A DNA stretch of 64,000 nucleotides, from sequence record MZ892903.1. One strand, given 5' to 3'. A program made the translations under genes and the position numbers. The first letter of the stretch is position 1; each line of letters starts with the position of its first letter. The notes below the pieces were generated by a model, which saw only the letters and a program-made list of their open reading frames with translations, made no database searches and was not told where the DNA came from. The DNA comes from Escherichia phage ELT1. Positions 28,764 to 37,899 of this stretch are shown piece after piece.

Positions 28764-29385
28764 TTAACTGCTCGAGGTCAGTTTCTAAATCAGCAGCTGA
28801 TTTACTTTTACTTTCTGGAGATTTAAATTTTTCAACCTTTGAGTTAATCAATTCATCAACTTCAGCTTCAACAATTTCATTACTATCAATAGCACCTAAC
28901 TGATAAGCACGTTTAATAGCATCTCGGAATGGTTGATGCTTAAATAAAGGACCCCAGAATGTAGTGCAGTTGGTATCTTTTGCACGCCAAGATTTTTCTT
29001 CGCGAATCATCTCGCCGGTTTCTTCATCAAGAAATTCACGAGCATACCAGCCATTTTTTGGTTTTACTACAAATCCTAATTCTAGAGCCATATCTAACAA
29101 TCCAGAATAAGGATCGATACCACCGTCAAATTTAACATCAATAAAGAATTTACTTTTTTCTTTAACGGTACGAGATTTTTCTACATTTAGAACAAATTGA
29201 TACCCCTGAAGATCAGAACCATCTTTAATCTGACGCTTACCGATAATGAATACAGTATCAGCCGAATACATTACGCCTGTATTGTGTGTAACGATACCAT
29301 TTTCTAAAACATAATGCTCTACGTCAGCAACAGACAAATCATAGACTTCTTTTTTACCAACAGATTTAACAGATTTAATTTTCAT
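28738..29385 (-). CDS. uvsX: UvsX C-terminal piece: 35-aa C-intein fused to ~180-aa UvsX C-extein
   Basis: MKIKSVKSVGKKEVYDLSVADVEHYVLENGIVTHN then TGVMYSADTVFIIGKRQIKDG... (UvsX C-terminal half); own ATG with AAGG RBS. Confidence 0.85.
   Translation of the reverse strand: MKIKSVKSVGKKEVYDLSVADVEHYVLENGIVTHNTGVMYSADTVFIIGKRQIKDGSDLQGYQFVLNVEKSRTVKEKSKFFIDVKFDGGIDPYSGLLDMALELGFVVKPKNGWYAREFLDEETGEMIREEKSWRAKDTNCTTFWGPLFKHQPFRDAIKRAYQLGAIDSNEIVEAEVDELINSKVEKFKSPESKSKSAADLETDLEQLSDMEEFNE
29281..29385 (-). mobile_element. split intein C-fragment, 35 aa
   Basis: intein blocks F/G VYDLSV...H.Y..NGIVTHN followed by +1 Thr. Confidence 0.8.
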
Positions 29386-29417
29386 ACTTTACCTTGTGTT
29401 TCGTAGTAGCTAGTTTC

Positions 29418-29442
29418 AATATACATATTTCATGAAAGCATA
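29418..29442 (-). promoter_or_regulatory. middle-promoter-like element upstream of UvsX C-piece
   Basis: minus strand ATGCTTTCA (MotA-box-like), 12 nt, then TATATT. Confidence 0.35.
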
Positions 29443-29527
29443 ATCTTGATTGTCGCGTTCATTCCAAATTCTTTTACCATATCTTCGAATGTAGTGCGAA
29501 CCCGTAAAGAACTCGCATTGGAATGCC

Positions 29528-30250
29528 TTAACCACGTGCATCTACTGCATAAGCCCATCCTTTTGTGTTAGCTTTAATTTTGTTGATAATTGTGTTAGGA
29601 TTAATTCCCAGCGCTCTTGCAGCAGGTCTGACGCCCCGGTATTCAATACCGTTTATGATAACGCCTTTTTGTCTAGGATGAGAATGCTTTAATCTTTTCT
29701 TTGCTTTTTCTGATATTTCATTAATTGTTTCTTTGGTGTGTTTCTTACCATAGAACCCATTGTTTTCTCCTGTAATACCTTCTGATATGTGCTTACGGTG
29801 TTCATCAGAAGATTTCACGCCTTTTGTGACGCCAACATACACACCAGATTTAACAAGCGGATGGTTTCTTTCAAGACGAATACATTTACCTGTTATATGA
29901 TGCTTGTATGATGCAAAATCAGCATTAGCATATGAATTATGTCCACAAGCATAATCCAAATTAAAATAATCTGGATTTGTTTTAACGTTTACTTGTTTCT
30001 GATAGAAATTTTCGCGCTCTAGCAGTTTAGCATGTTTAATATCATCATATTGCTCCAGTATTTCAACAGTAACATTATTGATAAAATCATGATATCCGGG
30101 ATATCTCGATGAGCCATAGTACTCGCGACCACGGGCGTCAATAATCTTACCGTCTACATAAGAAGCATTTGTCTTGCTTCCTATGTAGTAATACGGCGGA
30201 GTGCCGTTTTTAATTCTATCGTTGAACACAATTTTATAGACAAAATTCAT
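29528..30250 (-). CDS. free-standing GIY-YIG homing endonuclease (Seg-like), 240 aa
   Basis: N-terminal FVYKIVF...YYYIGSK, NUMOD-like NGFYGKKHT, C-terminal helix-turn-helix-like tail; sits between the two uvsX pieces. Confidence 0.7.
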   Translation of the reverse strand: MNFVYKIVFNDRIKNGTPPYYYIGSKTNASYVDGKIIDARGREYYGSSRYPGYHDFINNVTVEILEQYDDIKHAKLLERENFYQKQVNVKTNPDYFNLDYACGHNSYANADFASYKHHITGKCIRLERNHPLVKSGVYVGVTKGVKSSDEHRKHISEGITGENNGFYGKKHTKETINEISEKAKKRLKHSHPRQKGVIINGIEYRGVRPAARALGINPNTIINKIKANTKGWAYAVDARG

Positions 30251-30253
30251 ATG

Positions 30254-30286
30254 GGTACCTCAAAAATATACATTAGTCCGGTACCC
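30254..30286 (-). promoter_or_regulatory. hairpin sequestering the RBS of the endonuclease gene
   Basis: inverted repeat GGGTACC (30254-30260) / GGTACCC (30280-30286); 3' arm covers GAGG just upstream of ATG 30248-30250. Confidence 0.45.
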
Positions 30287-30293
30287 ATATTTA

Positions 30294-31223
30294 TTACCTT
30301 ACAACACAATCCATTCCAGCTACTAAATCTTTAGCTTCAACCCAAGTTGGAATGTCTTTAACCATTACCAGGAACTTGTGGGTATCTGAAGTAGTTACTT
30401 TATAACCGTCTTCGAATTCAATTTCGAAACATTCAGGAGTACCTTCAGCCAGAGTTTCTGGGTCCCAAACATAAGTTACTTCATTATCACCGACCATGGT
30501 TTTAACACGTTCACCTGGACGAATATCTTCAACTGCTTTAGTAGAACCATCGGACATCTGGATTTTAGTACCAGCAATAACACAACCACCTGTCATCACG
30601 GTTTTACTAAACAGTTCAATTGTTTCAATTGTATGGTTAACCGCAACACACGGAATGTTTTTAATACTAAAATAAGGAGTAACAATACGGAATAATGACT
30701 TCAGTGATTTAGCACGAGTCATATCTGCCACAGATTTTTCATTCAAGGCATCTTCCGTTTCTTTCTTAGAAGCCATATTACCAATTGAGTCAATGAATAC
30801 AATAACTTTTTCACCACGCTCAATAGCTTCAAGCTGATTCACCATATCAATTTTCAGCTGTTCAACTGACTGAATTGGTGTATGAATTACTCGTTCCGGG
30901 TCAACTCCCATGGATCGCAAATAAGCTGGAGTAATACCAAATTCGCTATCATAGAATAGACAAACCGCGTCAGGATATTTGTTCAAATACGCCGCAACCA
31001 TAGTCAAAGACATATTTGATTTAAAGTGTTTAGAAGGACCTGCAAAAATGGTTAAACCAGACTGCATACCACCATCAATCGCACCAGAAATAGCGATATT
31101 AAGCATTGGGATTTTTGTACGGATTACATCCTTTTCATTAAAGAATTTAGATGTAGTCAGTTCAGCAGTCATTTTAGAAGTGGAAGCTTTAATTAAACGG
31201 GATTTTAAATCTGCAATAGACAT
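30294..31223 (-). CDS. uvsX: UvsX N-terminal piece: ~213-aa N-extein fused to 96-aa N-intein
   Basis: MSIADLKSRLIKAS..., Walker A GPSKHFKS, ...KTVMTGG then CVIAGTKIQ...TTSDTHKF...MDCVVR-stop. Confidence 0.85.
   Translation of the reverse strand: MSIADLKSRLIKASTSKMTAELTTSKFFNEKDVIRTKIPMLNIAISGAIDGGMQSGLTIFAGPSKHFKSNMSLTMVAAYLNKYPDAVCLFYDSEFGITPAYLRSMGVDPERVIHTPIQSVEQLKIDMVNQLEAIERGEKVIVFIDSIGNMASKKETEDALNEKSVADMTRAKSLKSLFRIVTPYFSIKNIPCVAVNHTIETIELFSKTVMTGGCVIAGTKIQMSDGSTKAVEDIRPGERVKTMVGDNEVTYVWDPETLAEGTPECFEIEFEDGYKVTTSDTHKFLVMVKDIPTWVEAKDLVAGMDCVVR
30297..30584 (-). mobile_element. split intein N-fragment, 96 aa
   Basis: intein block A CVIAGTKI and block B TTSDTHKFLV; ends at in-frame TAA. 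Confidence 0.8.
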
Positions 31224-31300
31224 TCATTTTTTCCATAGGCATCATTATATTTTCCTCACTGGTTAAAGATAGAGTAATTATAACACAATAAATTTAGGCA

Positions 31301-32143
31301 TTAATCAACTGCTATTGGATGAATAGCATTAAACTTATGAAATGCTTCTGATTTTTCTTTACGCGAAACACACATGCGAAGAACCTTTAGTGGTTCATCT
31401 TCTTCACCCAACGATTTTCGTTTTTCAATATTTGAAGTTTTCCAACGAGCTTGCTCTGGAAACTCTCTATTGATTTGCTCAAGCGCTCTATTATGTTTAG
31501 AATTACTACGAATTGAACTACATCCACCGGGAGCGTGTGATTTTCCAGATACAACTAGATATTTGAACAAGGCCAAATGCGGATAACCTTGATTAATTAA
31601 ATTGAGAAATGCATACATATCTTCGCATAAATCAATTTTTCCATACCCAATTTGTTCTGTCGTAAGTTTTCCGAGGTCATACCATGTATTCGTGAATCCA
31701 TATGAGTTTTCACGATAATTACCCCAAGATGAAGTAATTTTAAAAATTGGTAGACGAGCATGGCCATGATAATACCCACAATCCATGGCATCTTCAACGT
31801 ATTGAATCAATTCATAGAACTGTTCACGAGTTAATTGATTAATTTTATCTACACGCCGTTTATCGTCTCTCTTTCGTATTGAACTCATACGAATAGTAGT
31901 ATCATCATCAATCATCCAGATTCGTTGACCTGCATACATATCAGTAATTGCTTTACGAGTACCGGCAATTCCATTAACATCATCAGGAATAGTTACAATT
32001 TTAGCTCTAGACCCATAAGCATCATAATAAGCTTTTTCTTCGTGTTCACGCACTACAATATGGGGTTCATAATCAGTCGGAAACATATTAAGGGCAGAAA
32101 CTGCCCCTACACGCTGATAACTTGGAATTACGAATTGAATCAT
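31301..32143 (-). CDS. putative glycosyltransferase (GT-A-like, DxD), 280 aa, in the position of T4 b-gt
   Basis: WMIDDD motif; unlike the recalled 351-aa T4 beta-glucosyltransferase. Confidence 0.55.
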   Translation of the reverse strand: MIQFVIPSYQRVGAVSALNMFPTDYEPHIVVREHEEKAYYDAYGSRAKIVTIPDDVNGIAGTRKAITDMYAGQRIWMIDDDTTIRMSSIRKRDDKRRVDKINQLTREQFYELIQYVEDAMDCGYYHGHARLPIFKITSSWGNYRENSYGFTNTWYDLGKLTTEQIGYGKIDLCEDMYAFLNLINQGYPHLALFKYLVVSGKSHAPGGCSSIRSNSKHNRALEQINREFPEQARWKTSNIEKRKSLGEEDEPLKVLRMCVSRKEKSEAFHKFNAIHPIAVD

Positions 32144-32781
32144 TTAAGTGCCTTACATTTGTCAAAATGGTATCTTGTCATATTTGGCCCACGTCCTTTT
32201 AGTCCGCAATGCGGACATATTTTTTCTATCAAATTATGAGGTTTTCCTTTACGATTTTTAGACATCGTTTCTTTAATTATTTTAGCTTTTTCTACGCCAA
32301 AAATTTCTTCATAAGTTTTACCAGAATTTTCCTTGGCTCGATTTATAATTCCATATGCCTGCTCATTTTTACCATACATTGGATTACCTTCGCCTTTCAT
32401 TCTTTTAGAATGATCAGGACGCTTGATTCCACGAAAGGCATTTCCGCACTTATATCTTTCTTCTGGAGATAGTTTTTTACCGTACATTCCATTTAATTTG
32501 CCTGGAAAACTTCCTCCCCATGCTTCATTCTTTAAATTATATGAATCCGGACAATTAGCAGCATCTAAACAAGTTAAAATAATTTCTTCAACCTGTCTAA
32601 ACATTGGTCCTTCATATAATATTTCTTTATTAAAGGATTTTATTCCATATTTCTTTTTAGCATGTTGCCAAACTACACCCGAACCATCATAATTCGGGTT
32701 GTGACCATCATGACTTCCTATATACCACTTTTTAGTTTTAGGATGTTTATACTTATAAACATGTGGCACATTTACTTCCAT
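32140..32781 (-). CDS. GIY-YIG homing endonuclease (Seg-like), 213 aa
   Basis: HVYKYKHPKTKKWYIGS, NUMOD-like NGMYGKK and NPMYGKN, C-terminal CPHCG zinc finger. Confidence 0.65.
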   Translation of the reverse strand: MEVNVPHVYKYKHPKTKKWYIGSHDGHNPNYDGSGVVWQHAKKKYGIKSFNKEILYEGPMFRQVEEIILTCLDAANCPDSYNLKNEAWGGSFPGKLNGMYGKKLSPEERYKCGNAFRGIKRPDHSKRMKGEGNPMYGKNEQAYGIINRAKENSGKTYEEIFGVEKAKIIKETMSKNRKGKPHNLIEKICPHCGLKGRGPNMTRYHFDKCKALK

Positions 32782-33512
32782 TTTCCAGTATAATCCTTTT
32801 TAGCAATATGAGTCTCACCGGTGTTCCACCAATGGTCAACTAAATAAAACTGATTTTCGTACACATGAAGACTTCCAACGTTCCATATAATAGAACCTGC
32901 TTTATATTGCCGCGATGGGTCGCCTGCATTCAAATCAGATACTAATTTATCTAGTACGTATTTTTGCCAAGCATAATCATTACGATAGCCTGCCCAGCAA
33001 TCATTGCTTCTCATGCTAACAACCGCATTGACTTTCTTATCACGAATCAGGTACTGTACTGTATTAGTACACATGAAATCTGACATACCATCTTTATTGT
33101 AGTCAAATTGCATGGATGGACGAGTATAAATCATGATACCACGTCGAGAATCAGGATTTTGACCAAGTTCAGCTAAACACATATCATACTGGGCATAGTT
33201 ATCTTCTGACCAGATAGCCCAACCATAATTCGAGTTAATTTCACCTTTAGAAGATGCTACCTGCTGCCAAATCTTCGGTGTTTCACCTGGAATATCTTTA
33301 ACAAACAGACTTTGAGACTTATACCATTCAAGTTCACGCTGAATGTATTCATCATTAAGAGCGCCAAAAATAAACGGTTCATCTGCTACAAATGATGCGC
33401 CAATAATTTCAATAGTTTTAACGCCAGTTTTATCAACTACGAAATCTTTTTCCTTTAATGCAAGCCCCAAATGAAGACGGATTTCTTCAACTGTCATAGA
33501 GTCACTAATCAT
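32772..33512 (-). CDS. 42: dCMP hydroxymethylase, 246 aa
   Basis: matches recalled T4 gp42. Confidence 0.95.
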   Translation of the reverse strand: MISDSMTVEEIRLHLGLALKEKDFVVDKTGVKTIEIIGASFVADEPFIFGALNDEYIQRELEWYKSQSLFVKDIPGETPKIWQQVASSKGEINSNYGWAIWSEDNYAQYDMCLAELGQNPDSRRGIMIYTRPSMQFDYNKDGMSDFMCTNTVQYLIRDKKVNAVVSMRSNDCWAGYRNDYAWQKYVLDKLVSDLNAGDPSRQYKAGSIIWNVGSLHVYENQFYLVDHWWNTGETHIAKKDYTGKWK

Positions 33513-33519
33513 TTAAACC

Positions 33520-33669
33520 TCAATTGATACATTCATATTTAACTTGTAACAGTAATAAACCCCAACCTAAAATAATAGTTGGAATCATAAGAGGAACCGT
33601 TACACTATAGTATATACTTATTATAACCATCAAGATTAAAAGCAATGCTGTTATAATTTTGCTTTTCAT
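33520..33669 (-). CDS. small hydrophobic protein, 49 aa
   Basis: own translation MKSKIITALLLILMVIISIYYSV...; ATG overlaps imm stop. Confidence 0.35.
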   Translation of the reverse strand: MKSKIITALLLILMVIISIYYSVTVPLMIPTIILGWGLLLLQVKYECIN

Positions 33670-33917
33670 TCCTTCTCTCTGATGATAATTACCTGATTTG
33701 GCTGCGCAGACTTTTTAGTTTCACCCGCAATTGACCAAATAAATGTAATAAACCAACCAATAATTGACCAGTTAAACAGTAAAGATGTGAAAAAGATTCC
33801 TACTGTCGATTTTGACCCACGCATCAAGGCGATAAACCACGGAAGCATGTATATAATAATAGCCAACACGCCTGAAACTAAAACCATAAAAATTGAACCT
33901 GCTACTAAAGTTTCCAT
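33666..33917 (-). CDS. imm: Imm superinfection immunity membrane protein, 83 aa
   Basis: matches recalled T4 Imm. Confidence 0.8.
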   Translation of the reverse strand: METLVAGSIFMVLVSGVLAIIIYMLPWFIALMRGSKSTVGIFFTSLLFNWSIIGWFITFIWSIAGETKKSAQPNQVIIIREKE

Positions 33918-33924
33918 GTTTTCC

Positions 33925-34305
33925 TCACTTAGTCAAATTTTTTACACATGAATTATAAGAATTCACTACATACTCCATCGGAGCATTTTTACCTGTACGC
34001 CATTGGTAATTATTAGCCCAATTTGCCCAAAGTTCTGCACAGTAGTTTTCAATTTTTTCTTCGCGTGTAATTACATCCGAATTACGATATGCTTGAGCAG
34101 ATTCATCTGGACGAATAGCTTCGTCAAAATTCGCCTGCATTTGTTCTACTGTCTGTTTTGGAGCTTCTTTATAACACTTGACATTAGGATTATAAAATTT
34201 GCTTGAACAGTTTACAATTTTTCCTACATCAGACTGATTTACTACCGGTCCTTGAGCTACACAACCAGTAAGACCTAATGCAATAACCAAAATAGCGATT
34301 TTCAT
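33925..34305 (-). CDS. predicted lipoprotein, 126 aa
   Basis: signal peptide with lipobox LTGC. Confidence 0.5.
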   Translation of the reverse strand: MKIAILVIALGLTGCVAQGPVVNQSDVGKIVNCSSKFYNPNVKCYKEAPKQTVEQMQANFDEAIRPDESAQAYRNSDVITREEKIENYCAELWANWANNYQWRTGKNAPMEYVVNSYNSCVKNLTK

Positions 34306-34315
34306 AATAATTTCC

Positions 34316-34573
34316 TCAAATACAAGTAGTAATTACTCCAGTAGTGCTTACACAGATATTACCTAATTGAACACCCAGCGTTCCATTAGTATTCATATGA
34401 AGATTATCATCAATTTTTGTTGATACTTTACCATTCATGTGAATAACAGTATTAGATTCAATCACATTCTGAGTGTCATTTTCAATATCAATAAATGGAA
34501 CAGCTGCTAATGCAACTAGAACAACTGCTAATGCAACTAAACACGCTGCTAAACAACCATAAACAATTTTCAT
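34316..34573 (-). CDS. small membrane protein, 85 aa
   Basis: ORF 34316-34762 trimmed to MKIVYGCLAACLVALAVV... because the upstream part spans a promoter. Confidence 0.45.
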   Translation of the reverse strand: MKIVYGCLAACLVALAVVLVALAAVPFIDIENDTQNVIESNTVIHMNGKVSTKIDDNLHMNTNGTLGVQLGNICVSTTGVITTCI

Positions 34574-34599
34574 TTTATTCTCCAAATCCGTATCAGTTG

Positions 34600-34660
34600 A
34601 TAGTTGTATAGTACCATGGAAGAACAGGGATGTAAACGGTTTTGTGAAAAAATTTTTAAT
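34600..34660 (-). promoter_or_regulatory. T4-type early promoter with A/T-rich upstream element
   Basis: GTTTAC (revcomp) 34632-34637, -10 GTATAGTACCAT 34607-34618. Confidence 0.5.
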
Positions 34661-34719
34661 GAATTCCAGAGGTCCAGAATCATCTATTTTTCCTAAGTAT
34701 AGATTTATATTACTTGTAT

Positions 34720-34745
34720 GAAAAAGGGACCCGGAGGTCCCTAGA
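34720..34745 (-). terminator. intrinsic terminator 3' of gene 43
   Basis: GGGACC-CGGA-GGTCCC flanked by A/T runs. Confidence 0.55.
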
Positions 34746-34754
34746 TTTATTCTA

Positions 34755-37451
34755 TCAGCCAAACAGGAAGTCTAACGAAGCTTTTTCTTCATAGTCCATG
34801 CCAGCCGATTCACACATACCTGCAAGCGGTTTAACAAACGATTTTTGGAACAAAGTTGAATGGTCAATCCAAGATAGTACATCAGAACGAATTTCTTTTG
34901 GAAGTTCTGTACCCGATGGCCAAGCAATGCACTTGTCACCAAATGGATTTCCTTCACGTAATGGAAGAACCATTACTTTATTTCCATCCAAAATTGGAGC
35001 TACACCTAGACCACTAACAGCTCGACGATAAGTTAGCACACCGCGAATATGGAATGGGCATTTAAACCCTGGCCAACCTTTATCATCATATTTCGCTATA
35101 TCGTTCGCGGTTTTTACTTCAGCAATAACTTTATAGTCAAGTTGACGATATTCTTTCTCGAAGTTCTTGTAGTATTCTTGGACGGACTCTTCACCTTCCT
35201 GAAGAATACGACGAATACTTTCTTCGAGAGCTTCTTGTACTGCTTTTGGTGTTGAACTCTGCTGAGTTTCCATACCCATGATTTTTAAATGCGGTTCAGC
35301 AAATCGCTTATCTTCCATATCATAAACGTTCAGAGCATAACGCTTTTTCGCTTTCCAAAATCCACCAACACCCTTTGAACCAAGTGGAGGGCAAGAAATA
35401 GCTTCACGGTCCATATGCATCAGATGCTCGCGGTTATTCATATAATCACATAACTCACGATATGCAACATCAATCATAGGTTCCATCTTTTTCTTACCGA
35501 ACTGATTCATAAATTCAACCAAATCGTTCTGCTCTTTGAATCGGTCAAGACCAACTTTTTCAATAACTTTATCTACACAAACATATACCGAATCAGTATC
35601 ACCTGCTGCAATGAAATCTTCGCCATTAGTTCCGCATACTTTATTCAGATATTCATTAATTTTACGAGCAATCCACTGAATACCAACTTGGCCGAAAATT
35701 GTGATAGCAGTAGCATTTCGCAAATCATAGTAACGGAAATGAATATTACCAAGAGCACCGTAAAGACTGTTAATGAGAATTTTACGGTTCAGCTGATTTG
35801 TGTTAGCAAGTGTAGCAGCTTTTTCACATTCCTCAATCAGACTATTGAGAACAGATTCGGTGTAATTCGATAGTTCATTTAAGAAATCATCACTGAACTT
35901 AACATATCGTTCAACTTCTGGTTTAGTTGAACAAGACCCTGCGCCTTTCATAATAATCTTTTTAATAGCTTCGGCATTCATTTCTTCAGCGAACATTTTC
36001 TTTTTCCAATCTTTACGCTGGAAAAATACTTTAGCGATTTCCTTTGGAATGATACCTTCTTGATGCTTATCATACATCCATCCATTCGGAGAACAAGAAT
36101 ATTCATCACTCGGTTTAGGAGCTGTTCCTGCAATATATTCATGAATTGGATGAACTTTAAACTGCCCACGAATAGTCTCAGGACTAATGTTAACCTGACG
36201 AATAATGCTAGGATACAGAGACGTCAAGTCAAAACTCATAATATATCGACGAGCAATTGGTTTAGGTTCAAACACAAATGCACCCGGAAAACTTTGTTTA
36301 ACGTGCGAACCCTGTTGAGGAATAACCTTATGTTCACCTTTCAATGAGTTAAAAATAATAGCATCCCAAGTTTTAATAGGACTCATTACACCAGAAAAAG
36401 GCATTTTAGCGTAATAAGACATACTTAAAACTAGATCGATAAACCCGCGAATTTTATCAATTGCTTGAACTGATTCTACGTCAATGATGTTATAACTAAT
36501 GTATCGTTGATGATTAGTCTCACGAAGTTTATTAATAGGACCGTCGTATGGTAATTTACCTTTTTTGGTTTCATGTTGAGCAACTGATTCCAAAGAGAAT
36601 GACGGCAAATTAGTAAAAGCAAATTTCTTGTACAAATCTAAATAATCAAGAATAGATACACCATCAATAGAATAAATTTCTTTGCTGCCGTACATATTTT
36701 GAATTAGTTTAGATTTTACTCGACCGATTGGAGAGAAGCGTTTCATACTACGTTCACCGAGAACCATTTTAACGCGATTCATGATATACGGAACGTCAAA
36801 TCCCTCAATATTCCAACCAGTAAAAATAGCAGGTCGTTTCTGTTCCCAGAGATTGATATATTCCATGAGCATATCACGCTCATTATCGAATGGCATATAA
36901 ATTACTCGGTCAAGAATTTCTTGAGGAACTTCATCACCACCTTCACAGTCAAGCTTAGCAGCTAACTTTGCATCCCATTTTGATACTGAACCATACATTG
37001 AATTCAAAAGGTCGAAAACATAAAAACGATCGTCAATTGAATCATAATGAGTGATAGCATCAATTTCATATTCTGCTTTCATTGGGTCAGGAAATTTATC
37101 GCCAGTAACCTCAATGTCACAGTTAGCTACACGAACAAATTTTCGGTCATAAACAATTTCTGAACCATACGTATCACTGATATAAGCGAGTTTAAAATCG
37201 TTCATACCAAGAGCTTCGAGACCGATGTCTTCCATTCGCTTCATCCAATCTCGTGCATCTTTCATTGATGGAAATTTTTGAGGAGCGCAATTTTTACCAT
37301 AGATGTCTTTATATTTTGACTCTTCCTTACAATGCCTAAACATAGTCGGAAGATATTCTACTTCACGAGTACGTTCCTTTCCGTTTTCATCAATATAACG
37401 CTCAACAATGTTATTTCCGACTGTTTCAATAGAGATATAAAATTCTTTCAT
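34755..37451 (-). CDS. 43: DNA polymerase (family B), 898 aa
   Basis: exonuclease and polymerase motifs; matches recalled T4 gp43. Confidence 0.97.
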   Translation of the reverse strand: MKEFYISIETVGNNIVERYIDENGKERTREVEYLPTMFRHCKEESKYKDIYGKNCAPQKFPSMKDARDWMKRMEDIGLEALGMNDFKLAYISDTYGSEIVYDRKFVRVANCDIEVTGDKFPDPMKAEYEIDAITHYDSIDDRFYVFDLLNSMYGSVSKWDAKLAAKLDCEGGDEVPQEILDRVIYMPFDNERDMLMEYINLWEQKRPAIFTGWNIEGFDVPYIMNRVKMVLGERSMKRFSPIGRVKSKLIQNMYGSKEIYSIDGVSILDYLDLYKKFAFTNLPSFSLESVAQHETKKGKLPYDGPINKLRETNHQRYISYNIIDVESVQAIDKIRGFIDLVLSMSYYAKMPFSGVMSPIKTWDAIIFNSLKGEHKVIPQQGSHVKQSFPGAFVFEPKPIARRYIMSFDLTSLYPSIIRQVNISPETIRGQFKVHPIHEYIAGTAPKPSDEYSCSPNGWMYDKHQEGIIPKEIAKVFFQRKDWKKKMFAEEMNAEAIKKIIMKGAGSCSTKPEVERYVKFSDDFLNELSNYTESVLNSLIEECEKAATLANTNQLNRKILINSLYGALGNIHFRYYDLRNATAITIFGQVGIQWIARKINEYLNKVCGTNGEDFIAAGDTDSVYVCVDKVIEKVGLDRFKEQNDLVEFMNQFGKKKMEPMIDVAYRELCDYMNNREHLMHMDREAISCPPLGSKGVGGFWKAKKRYALNVYDMEDKRFAEPHLKIMGMETQQSSTPKAVQEALEESIRRILQEGEESVQEYYKNFEKEYRQLDYKVIAEVKTANDIAKYDDKGWPGFKCPFHIRGVLTYRRAVSGLGVAPILDGNKVMVLPLREGNPFGDKCIAWPSGTELPKEIRSDVLSWIDHSTLFQKSFVKPLAGMCESAGMDYEEKASLDFLFG

Positions 37452-37509
37452 AGATATTCCTTAGTTTATAGCCCGAGTTATTAGGCTCTTGATATATTAT
37501 ACTCCAATT

Positions 37510-37528
37510 AAGGGGCCGAAGCCCCTTG
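37510..37528 (-). terminator. terminator-like hairpin 3' of regA
   Basis: GGGGCCGAAGCCCC. Confidence 0.5.
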
Positions 37529-37529
37529 C

Positions 37530-37898
37530 TTAATTACCAATCGTATATTTAGGAACGAGTTTCCATTCATGTTTTTGTTTAAAAGAAATAACTCGGAAGT
37601 TATTAGTTAAATCTTTCATAAAAGTTCTTTGACCAGGGACGATTTCAATCAGTCCCCAATCTTCTAACAGCCATGCAATCGAATCACGACGAACTTCATC
37701 TTCTTCTGTCATTTCAACTTGGCGACCATCCATACGAAGCATTTCTTTAAAATGAACGATATAGTATAGTCCTTTTTTCTGAAGAATATGACAGGACTGA
37801 TACAGAACTTTATCTTTATTATTAGCAATTCCCATACGAGTCAAAGTTTCTTTTACTTTCAGAAAATCTTCAGGTTTTTTAAGAGTAATTTCAATCAT
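37530..37898 (-). CDS. regA: RegA translational repressor, 122 aa
   Basis: matches recalled T4 RegA. Confidence 0.9.
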   Translation of the reverse strand: MIEITLKKPEDFLKVKETLTRMGIANNKDKVLYQSCHILQKKGLYYIVHFKEMLRMDGRQVEMTEEDEVRRDSIAWLLEDWGLIEIVPGQRTFMKDLTNNFRVISFKQKHEWKLVPKYTIGN

Positions 37899-37899
37899 T

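Noticed and set aside
34574-34762. N-terminal extension of ORF 34316-34762
   Set aside because: The extension spans an early promoter and its upstream element; the gene is trimmed to the internal Met. The same applies to 3861-4217 and 3504-3752.
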